The notes under the pieces: model-generated
Database searches by the model: none
What the model was told of the DNA's origin: nothing
Seen by the model: the letters and a program-made list of their open reading frames with translations, nothing else
Shown here: piece by piece, positions 1-6,606 of the stretch
Position numbering within the stretch: the first letter of the stretch is position 1
How the letters are laid out: each line of letters starts with the position of its first letter
Made by a program: the position numbers and the translations under genes
Assembly: GCA_964010765.1 (NCBI GenBank)
Contig: CAXGMD010000085.1
Span: 1-12,304 of the forward strand
Source: an uncultured bacterium
GTDB taxonomy: Bacteria; SAR324; NAC60-12
Direction of reading: 5' to 3'
Length of the DNA stretch: 12,304 bases

Positions 1-554
1 GAATTGAAAGGAGAGGATCTGTATGCAAAGTTCAGTTCATCTCGAATTGATCTTCGCCAAATCCCTTTCTCATCGAGCCAATCTACACTTTTCAAATAGT
101 CACTGGTCTCAGATCCATGTGCACCTGCATTCATACAAACTGCACCTCCTATGGTGCCTGGAATGCCAATCAAAAATTCAAGACCTGACCAGCCTTTAAG
201 GCTTAATTTTTGAGCAGCCGTAGCATCAGCCATTCCCGCACCAAAAGTTGCTAAAGAATCCTGATCCACCATTTCCAATCTTCTAAAATTTTTCCCCAAC
301 CTGATAAGAACACCGGGCCAAAATTCAGGCATCAGCAGATTCGACCCCTTACCAATCACTCGCCAAGGTACCCCATCAAGAAGGCAGTTCCGTGTTGTCG
401 TGCAGATATCTTCTTCACATTCTGCATTCAATAAAGCCAGCGCTGTCCCACCTAATTTCCAGGTATTCAATCTACTCAACTCTGGAGACTCTAGGAGTGT
501 AGATTGCTTTAGTGCAGCTCTTAAATGTTCTAAGAAAAGTGGATCACTCTTCAT
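1..554 (-). CDS. murB: UDP-N-acetylenolpyruvoylglucosamine reductase (3' end beyond the window edge)
   Basis: Not in the ORF track; translated by hand from ATG at 554: MKSDPLFLEHLRAALKQ...LSRLNTWKLGGTA...IGKGSNLL...SGLEFLIGIPGTIGGAVCMNAGAHG...LNFAYRSSPF, open to position 1. These are the MurB FAD-binding motifs (TWxxGG, GxGSN, GLEFxxGIPGTxGGAxxMNAGA, FxYRxS). The start overlaps the last 11 nt of rsfS. Confidence 0.96.
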   Translation of the reverse strand, partial: MKSDPLFLEHLRAALKQSTLLESPELSRLNTWKLGGTALALLNAECEEDICTTTRNCLLDGVPWRVIGKGSNLLMPEFWPGVLIRLGKNFRRLEMVDQDSLATFGAGMADATAAQKLSLKGWSGLEFLIGIPGTIGGAVCMNAGAHGSETSDYLKSVDWLDEKGIWRRSIRDELNFAYRSSPFN

Positions 555-891
555 CCCAAGTTTCTAGGGGGGGTCCTGGTTGAAGCTCATCAAGTTTATA
601 GTAGGTTCTGATATCTGGATGAAAAATGTGAGCAATCACGTCCCCATAATCCAGCAAGATCCAAGTCCCCTCCATTTCACCTTCAATCCCAAGAGGCCTG
701 ATTTTAGTGAGTTTAAGCTTTTCCTGAATCTTCTCCGCAATACCTCGACAATGGGGCTGTGAGCGTCCCTCACAAATCATCACGTAATCAGCTAAGCTTG
801 ATTTCTCACGGAGATCATAGAGAGCGATTTGACTAGCTTTCCCATCTTTTGCTCCGGCCACGACTAAATCTGCCTGAACTTTTGACTGCAA
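544..891 (-). CDS. rsfS: Ribosome silencing factor RsfS (Iojap/YbeB family)
   Basis: 115 aa with DGKA, DYVMICEGRS, GIEG, WILLDYGDVIAHIF and RTYYKLDEL motifs typical of RsfS. TTG start preceded by AAGGAG. Confidence 0.96.
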   Translation of the reverse strand: MQSKVQADLVVAGAKDGKASQIALYDLREKSSLADYVMICEGRSQPHCRGIAEKIQEKLKLTKIRPLGIEGEMEGTWILLDYGDVIAHIFHPDIRTYYKLDELQPGPPLETWDEE

Positions 892-894
892 GTT

Positions 895-900
895 CTCCTT
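895..900 (-). promoter_or_regulatory. Shine-Dalgarno site for rsfS
   Basis: The minus strand reads TAAAGGAGAACTTG: AAGGAG with short (3 nt) spacing before the TTG start. Confidence 0.55.
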
Positions 901-904
901 TAAG

Positions 905-1855
905 TTATGAAACAGTTTCCAGCATACGACCCTGCCAGGTTTCGCGTATTGCTAATAAGTTTTCAATGTACTGGACAGGACGCATCTTTTCTTTTGTCCA
1001 TTCTGGCGCTATCAATTCATCCCACCGAGGTGCAACAGCCGTAAGTCGATGAATTGATATCTTTTGATCAAGGTTTTCTAAGAACAGAACAACTCGCTCT
1101 GCATAATCCCGTAAATCTATTGGAGAAAAGTTTCCTGAGCTATATTCCTCAGCCAAGGGAGTATTCTTGAGAACATGCAAATTATGCAACTTTACCCCAT
1201 CGACAGATAGTTCATTCAGTAAATTTGCGGCTTCAATTAGTTGTTGATCTGATTCACCTGGAATTCCAAAAATAAGGTGCGCACAGATATTTAAATTTGG
1301 AATCTTTTTTAGTTGCTTGATTGCTCTGATTGCAGCTTCTTTATCATGCCCACGTCGCAGAAAAATCAACTGCTGATCATCAAAGGTTTGAATGCCTAAT
1401 TCAATGGACAAGTAAGTTTGTTCAGCAAGTTCTCCAAAAAATTTTAAGGCTCCTTTTGGCAAACAATCCGGACGAGTACCAATAACAATACCTACGATGT
1501 CTTCTTGTTGAAGAGCTTCTTCACAATGTTTCTTTAGCTCTGAAAGTTTTCCAAATGTGTTTGTATAGCTTTGGAAGTAGAGCAGAAATTTGTTTGCTTT
1601 GTAGCGCTTCCTAATTCGTTCTCTGTGATATTTCAGTTGATCCAACATCGACCAATCAGCCTGCACAAAGGCTGGTGCTGAACCCCACTCATCACAAAAT
1701 ATACAGGTTTTCATTCCCGCCAAGCCTTCTCTATTAGGACAGGTCTTAGCAACTGAAACGCTTACTTTTTGTACTCGAAATCCAAATTTTTCACGATAGA
1801 ATTGACTAATTGGCAGGAATCTTTTTTGGTGATCAAATTTTGGGAGAGAACTCAT
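905..1855 (-). CDS. yhcC: TIGR01212 family radical SAM protein (YhcC/YtqA-like)
   Basis: CPNREGLAGMKTCIFC (CX11CX2C, the family's cluster motif), YFQSYTNT, GTRPDC, ELGIQT, RGH, HLIFGIPGE, GVKLHNLHVLKNT, HRLT and C-terminal QG. ATG at 1855, 1 nt after the hldE stop, is preferred to the ORF-track start at 1888. Confidence 0.92.
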   Translation of the reverse strand: MSSLPKFDHQKRFLPISQFYREKFGFRVQKVSVSVAKTCPNREGLAGMKTCIFCDEWGSAPAFVQADWSMLDQLKYHRERIRKRYKANKFLLYFQSYTNTFGKLSELKKHCEEALQQEDIVGIVIGTRPDCLPKGALKFFGELAEQTYLSIELGIQTFDDQQLIFLRRGHDKEAAIRAIKQLKKIPNLNICAHLIFGIPGESDQQLIEAANLLNELSVDGVKLHNLHVLKNTPLAEEYSSGNFSPIDLRDYAERVVLFLENLDQKISIHRLTAVAPRWDELIAPEWTKEKMRPVQYIENLLAIRETWQGRMLETVS

Positions 1856-1856
1856 T

Positions 1857-3275
1857 TTACAAACTATATTCTGGAAGAAATTCAACACAAGCGCCTATTT
1901 CTTCAATCACTTGGGACTCTTCAATTTTTCTATGTTGATAACGAGCTCCTTTCACAACAATTTTTGGCTTCAGGCACCGAAAAACCTCACAACAGTTATC
2001 TTCTTCGAAAATCAGTACTCTATCCACACTTTGTAGTGATGCCAGCAATCTGGCGCGTTCCATTTCATCAAGTAACGGCGGTTCTCCCTTTTTTCGCTTA
2101 ATTGAAGCATCACTATTGATCGCAACTACTGTGAATCCTTTAAATTTTCGAAGTTGCCCTAAGAATTTCAGATGAGTTGAGGAAAGTTTATCAAAGTAGC
2201 CATTTGTGATCACCACGGGAGATTCATCTTTTAGTGCTAATTCCTGTTGCAGTCTTTTTAATGAAACAATTTTTGTGGAAGTATGGCCATAAACAAATCT
2301 CTTACGAATTTCTTCTCTTTCAAAAGAAACAACTCCAACATGTTGAATTTCCATGGCTGCGCCAAGTTGTGCCCAATGAGCTGCGATAGAAGGAGTCGCC
2401 CCGCTGGAAACGAGCATGGACAAGATACTAATCACCATGTCACCGGCACCCACGACATCAAAAACCTCAAGAGCCTCCGTGCAAAAAAAGATGAATTCTT
2501 CGCTGGACTGAAAAAGTAAAAGTCCATCTTTATCCAAGCTAAGTGCGATGATAGCACCGTTAAGCTTTCGTTGGAGAATTTCAGCAGCTTTTAATGCAGT
2601 TTCTTGGTCTATAATATTGATGCTCGTTGCAGCACCGGCCTCTTTTCGATTTGGTTTCATCCAACTACATCCCTTATAAATCTCATAGTCTCCAAGATTT
2701 CTTGGGTCTACAAGCACCGGAATATCTAGTGAATTTGCAATTTGGATTGTTGATTTGATGAGCGAAGGATGAAGTGTACCCTTGTTATAATCGGAGATGA
2801 CCAAGGCTTGTTGGCTAGGTAAAATAGAATCTAGCCAGCTTAGTAAATTGGAATAGTTGAGGTATTGATAACCTGCCGGGGGGTCATGATCAAGGCGCAG
2901 TAGGTGGTTATGCCCCGCAATCATCCGATGCTTCAATACAGTGGGGTAATCAGATACTTGCTGAACCCCGCTATTGTCAAATCCTTCCTTAGATAAAATG
3001 TCAAGAATCTGATTACCTATGGAATCTTTACCTATCAAACCTGAGACTGTCACCTTGCAGCCCAGTGTCTTCAGGTTCATCACAACGTTCCCAGCCCCCC
3101 CTAGGCGCTCCTCCTCACGGACTAGCCTCAGAACAGGAATTGGAGCCTCAGGAGAAATTCGTTCGACTGTACCCCAGGAGTAACGGTCGAGCATCAAATC
3201 ACCAAGAACTAATATATTTGGTGAGGTTAATTCATCCCAGGCTGAAAGACACGACTGCGGGTCAGGATTGAGCAT
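1857..3275 (-). CDS. hldE: HldE/RfaE-type bifunctional protein: heptose-7-phosphate kinase plus an apparently degenerate heptose-1-phosphate adenylyltransferase domain
   Basis: N-terminal PfkB-type HldA motifs GDLMLDRY, RISPEAPIPV, LGGAGNV, SDYNKG, PNRKE and DVVGAGD. C-terminal HldC-like VITNGYFD...AINSDASIKRKKG...ER...VDRV...KPKIVVKG. ATG at 3275 overlaps the upstream TGA (TGATG). Confidence 0.92.
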   Translation of the reverse strand: MLNPDPQSCLSAWDELTSPNILVLGDLMLDRYSWGTVERISPEAPIPVLRLVREEERLGGAGNVVMNLKTLGCKVTVSGLIGKDSIGNQILDILSKEGFDNSGVQQVSDYPTVLKHRMIAGHNHLLRLDHDPPAGYQYLNYSNLLSWLDSILPSQQALVISDYNKGTLHPSLIKSTIQIANSLDIPVLVDPRNLGDYEIYKGCSWMKPNRKEAGAATSINIIDQETALKAAEILQRKLNGAIIALSLDKDGLLLFQSSEEFIFFCTEALEVFDVVGAGDMVISILSMLVSSGATPSIAAHWAQLGAAMEIQHVGVVSFEREEIRKRFVYGHTSTKIVSLKRLQQELALKDESPVVITNGYFDKLSSTHLKFLGQLRKFKGFTVVAINSDASIKRKKGEPPLLDEMERARLLASLQSVDRVLIFEEDNCCEVFRCLKPKIVVKGARYQHRKIEESQVIEEIGACVEFLPEYSL

Positions 3276-4315
3276 CAAGATTGCCGATCAAGATACTTTT
3301 CTAAAGCTTTTTTAAAATCTTGGAGAGGTCTTGCGCCAGAGAGCAGTTCGCCACGAACTCGGCCACTCTTTGGATCAAATGTACCTATTAGGAAACCAGG
3401 AGTTCCCGTCACTCCAGCCTCTTGACCAGCTTTCATATCCTCCAACACTCGAGACCGATATTTTTCTTCTTCAATACATTTTTCGTATTGATCAACATTC
3501 TCCAGCCCAATTTCATCAGCAAAGCCAATAAGGTCTTCTACAAACTGGTTTTTCTGATTCTTAAATAATAAAGCATGGAGTGTTTCAAATTTTCCTTGAT
3601 CTCTAGCGCACTCAACAGCAATTGCAGCCTCATCTGCTTCCTTGTGGAAGGGCAAAGGGAAATGGCGGTATCCAAAAGCCACCCGGTCTCCATATTCTTT
3701 TATCAACTCTGTCAAAGTTGGCTGCACTCTAGCGCAGAAGGGACATTGGTAGTCTGAATATTCAAGTAGTATTACCTTTGCTCCCTTGTTCCCTCTAACG
3801 TAACCCTCCCCAACATTTGTCTCCAATAGAAACTCAGATGGTGCTTGCAGATAAGACTTTACGAGTCCTTTGGACAATGCTTCGTTGTACTGGCGATAAA
3901 CGCTTTCCTGCTGTAACTGATTTGCCAAATAATCGCGAATTTGTGGCCTGAGATCATCTATGCTTCCGCGATTTTCAAGCCTGTTCTGCTTATAAAACAG
4001 GGTTACCATGTCATCGCTGATTGGGAATTGAGGATTAGGATCAATTTCAGAATCAGATTTGGCTAATTCATTTAAAACAAGGTTTGGAAGAAGTCTTGCC
4101 AACTGGTCATAGAGAGCTTGTGCTGCATCCTGAGCGGCTTTATCTCGAAGATCTTCAAATCGAATTATTTTTCCATTGATTTCAGCAATAATCGGGTTGG
4201 CTTGAAAATAATCCTGTTCATCTGCTTCTTTCTCATTTGCTAATAAATTCGCTGTCAGGATTATTAAAAAAAGAGAAAAAGTTGTGAGATATTTGCTGAA
4301 TTTAATGATAAGCAT
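3275..4315 (-). CDS. Exported DsbA/thioredoxin-like disulfide oxidoreductase with an N-terminal helical domain
   Basis: Signal-peptide-like N-terminus (MLIIKFSKYLTTFSLFLIILTANLLA), EYSDYQCPFC active site, YRHFPLPFH, AVECARDQGKF and GVTGTP cis-Pro loop. ATG at 4315 is preferred to 4342, which lies inside the upstream gene. Confidence 0.9.
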   Translation of the reverse strand: MLIIKFSKYLTTFSLFLIILTANLLANEKEADEQDYFQANPIIAEINGKIIRFEDLRDKAAQDAAQALYDQLARLLPNLVLNELAKSDSEIDPNPQFPISDDMVTLFYKQNRLENRGSIDDLRPQIRDYLANQLQQESVYRQYNEALSKGLVKSYLQAPSEFLLETNVGEGYVRGNKGAKVILLEYSDYQCPFCARVQPTLTELIKEYGDRVAFGYRHFPLPFHKEADEAAIAVECARDQGKFETLHALLFKNQKNQFVEDLIGFADEIGLENVDQYEKCIEEEKYRSRVLEDMKAGQEAGVTGTPGFLIGTFDPKSGRVRGELLSGARPLQDFKKALEKYLDRQS

Positions 4316-4329
4316 TGGTGCCTTTAAAT

Positions 4330-4962
4330 TTAGTTTACACACTCACTGGTTGATGGCTGATCTGAATTGTCAGCTATCGCCATATTTATAAGTGTGATGA
4401 GTGTATCCCATCTATGTGGAAGATTCTGAGTTTCCAATAGAGCTTGTTTTTCCATACTAGTAAAATCTAAGTTCATACAGAGAATATTTACCAAATAGTG
4501 AATTGGTATTGTTCTAAGTTTATCCCATTCAATTTGGATATTCTTCTTCTCTGCATAATTACGAAACCCCTCATAAAGCAATTCAGGATCGTCAAGATCC
4601 TGGTTACCTTCTTCCAAATCCTCTATAAAGTTTGAATAATTAGAAACCACTTGGCGATACTGAGTAGTCACGTCCAACTCTTTTTCAATTTGAAATCTTA
4701 TGACACCGTTCAAGCGAATCAAATAATTTTCATTTGGAAGTTGTTGGCATTGTTCAATTTTACCTAAACAACCAATTTCATAGATATTCTCCTGCTCCTG
4801 TTCAATTGGTTGTACCATTCCAATGACTTGATCATGCTCCATGGCAAATTCAATCATTTCCCGATATCGAGGCTCAAAGATATGTAGGGGTAGGATCGTG
4901 TTTGGCAAAAGGATCGTACCATACAGTGGGAAGATTGGGATGATTTCGGGGAATTCACTCAT
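4330..4962 (-). CDS. Stand-alone LON peptidase substrate-binding (N-terminal) domain protein
   Basis: IPIFPLYGTILLP...LPLHIFEPRYREM, IGMVQP, IGCLGKI, GVIRF and EKQALLE...R motifs. At 210 aa it has no AAA+ or protease domain. Confidence 0.92.
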   Translation of the reverse strand: MSEFPEIIPIFPLYGTILLPNTILPLHIFEPRYREMIEFAMEHDQVIGMVQPIEQEQENIYEIGCLGKIEQCQQLPNENYLIRLNGVIRFQIEKELDVTTQYRQVVSNYSNFIEDLEEGNQDLDDPELLYEGFRNYAEKKNIQIEWDKLRTIPIHYLVNILCMNLDFTSMEKQALLETQNLPHRWDTLITLINMAIADNSDQPSTSECVN

Positions 4963-4999
4963 AGGATTGAATCTTTAAATTCGAATTGTTTAACAAAAA

Positions 5000-5914
5000 T
5001 CAATTGGGATTTTCTGAAGTCTGTTTGCTCCGCTCAAGATAATTTCTCGCTTGCTGAATATCCTTAACGATTTGTGCTTTGAGTTCATCAGGACCTGAAA
5101 ATTTAACAACTTGCCTCAAAAAAGCCAAAGGCTGAACTTCAATGATCTCTCCATACAAATCAACCGTTTCATCGAGCAAGTGGGTTTCCATCAAAGGTTG
5201 GTCTTTAAGAAATGTAGGTCTTGTACCAAAATTGGTCACCCCCCAAAACCGTCTTCCCTGCCAACAGACTCTGCTTACATAAACACCCTTGTTAAGAGCC
5301 AAATTCACATTAGGGATTATATTTGCGGTGGGGAAGCCTAAAGTCCTACCTCTTTGATCTCCAAGATCCACTGATCCCCTAATCCCATAAGGTCTTCCAA
5401 GATACATTGGCAGTTGCTCAAATTGATTTTCCCTAATCATTTGTCTGACAAGCGTAGAACTGACGGTTCTTCCACCAAGTTGTAATGGTGGCACTTCTTG
5501 AACTAGAAAACCAAGCTGTTTCCCCAAGGTTTCCAGAGTTTTAAAGTCACCGGCACGTTGACAACCAAATCTAAAATCATAACCCACCACAACTTGACTA
5601 AGATTGTAGGGCTCCACCAGAAAACGTCTCACGAAACCCTCTGGTGAAAGCTCAGAAAATTCTTTGGTGAACGGTAACGTTTTTATCTCATCAAGACCAG
5701 CCTGTTTTAAAAGTTGCTCTTGATGAAAACGAGAATTGATTCTCTCGACCGGCCGATTACCAAGTACTTCTTGAGGGTGAGGATCAAAAGTGACCAAGGC
5801 AGATTTACCTGCGAAAGAATGAGAAGCCTGTATTGTTGTTTCAATAAGAGCTCGATGCCCTAAATGAAGGCCATCAAAATTTCCTATCGTGATTGCAAAT
5901 TGAACTTTTGACAT
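5000..5914 (-). CDS. ribF: Bifunctional riboflavin kinase / FMN adenylyltransferase (FAD synthetase)
   Basis: TIGNFDGLHLGH, TFDPHP, VGYDFRFG, VSSTLVR, GDQRGRTLGFPTAN, GVY, NFGTRPTF and ETHLLD. ATG at 5914 is the likely start; the ORF track uses TTG at 5926. Confidence 0.97.
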   Translation of the reverse strand: MSKVQFAITIGNFDGLHLGHRALIETTIQASHSFAGKSALVTFDPHPQEVLGNRPVERINSRFHQEQLLKQAGLDEIKTLPFTKEFSELSPEGFVRRFLVEPYNLSQVVVGYDFRFGCQRAGDFKTLETLGKQLGFLVQEVPPLQLGGRTVSSTLVRQMIRENQFEQLPMYLGRPYGIRGSVDLGDQRGRTLGFPTANIIPNVNLALNKGVYVSRVCWQGRRFWGVTNFGTRPTFLKDQPLMETHLLDETVDLYGEIIEVQPLAFLRQVVKFSGPDELKAQIVKDIQQARNYLERSKQTSENPN

Positions 5915-5926
5915 ACTATTCGACAA

Positions 5927-6030
5927 TACTTAATTTCACTGAAGATAAAACATTAGCGGAAATGTGAACCGAGCTATGGCACTTCTTGCCCTGCTACAGC
6001 ATTTCCAAATATCAAGTCACCTAGGTAATT
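5927..6030. promoter_or_regulatory. Divergent intergenic region expected to hold the promoters for the ribF operon and the methyltransferase-hflX pair
   Basis: Inferred from the head-to-head gene orientation only. No convincing -35/-10 pair was identified. Confidence 0.5.
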
Positions 6031-6600
6031 TTGAGTACTGAATTCTGCATATTTTCCCTGATCTTTCTGGGAATTCTGCATGAAAGTTTGATTTATTGGT
6101 TACAGTATAAATTCATCTTCTACACTAGATTATTCGGCTCCAAAGCTTTTTTGATTCATAGTATTCAGCTTGGGGCCAGTTGGCTACTGATCGGAGTTAT
6201 CATTTTAATACTTCTTTTGAAACTCATTGACGGCTATGAATATCACCACACAAGAAGTTGGTCCATTATTGGATTTTTTTTGGTGACACTCGGCCTAGCA
6301 CTTATGTGGCTTGGTTTTAGGAGACTTGGCTGGGCAAGAATGATGAAGATCAGGCTTTTTTCCCAACCTGAAACAGCTTGGATCCATACAGGTATTTTCA
6401 AATTTTGTAGAGATCCAATGTATAGGGGTTCTCAACTGACAATGTTTGGCATGAGCCTTCTATTGGACTCCTGGGTCATTCTAATGTATGTTGCAGAAAT
6501 GGTTTTGCTTCAGCAATTTTTAATTCTGCTGGAAAGAGAACCTGTTCCAACTACCTTGGTCGACTATTTGACTTTGAATTCAATCAATCCCAAAAGCTAG
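6031..6600 (+). CDS. Integral-membrane SAM-dependent methyltransferase, PEMT/ICMT superfamily; substrate unknown
   Basis: About 4-5 hydrophobic segments, then HTGIFKFCRDPMYRGS, resembling the family motif TGxYxxxR[HN]PxYxG, and a C-terminal Glu-containing segment (LLEREP). The TTG start has a weak AGGT upstream and is uncertain. Confidence 0.75.
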   Translation: MSTEFCIFSLIFLGILHESLIYWLQYKFIFYTRLFGSKAFLIHSIQLGASWLLIGVIILILLLKLIDGYEYHHTRSWSIIGFFLVTLGLALMWLGFRRLGWARMMKIRLFSQPETAWIHTGIFKFCRDPMYRGSQLTMFGMSLLLDSWVILMYVAEMVLLQQFLILLEREPVPTTLVDYLTLNSINPKS

Positions 6601-6606
6601 AGGTAG

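Noticed and set aside
580..1052. Plus-strand ORFs 580..762 and 849..1052
   Set aside because: They are antisense shadows of rsfS and yhcC with no recognisable motifs.
1769..3757. Plus-strand ORFs 1769..2101, 2283..2519, 3065..3271, 3331..3531 and 3575..3757
   Set aside because: All are short, lie antisense to well-supported genes, and have no protein-like features.
4330..4962. Truncated lon protease pseudogene
   Set aside because: The motifs (LPLHIFEPRY) and length match the well-known stand-alone LON-domain family, and no AAA+ remnant follows.
4978..4996. Small palindromes AATTCGAATT and TTGTT-T-AACAA between ribF and the LON-domain gene
   Set aside because: They are short and AT-rich, expected by chance, and do not form a GC-stem terminator.
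5977..5994. TGGCAC...TTGC resembling a sigma-54 promoter
   Set aside because: The spacing is GG-N8-GC (or N13 to the next GC), not the required GG-N10-GC.
5927..6030. Possible FMN riboswitch upstream of ribF
   Set aside because: The region is only about 100 nt and lacks the conserved RFN motifs (GGGUGAAAUUCCC, ACCGGCGGU, AGCCCG, GGAUG).
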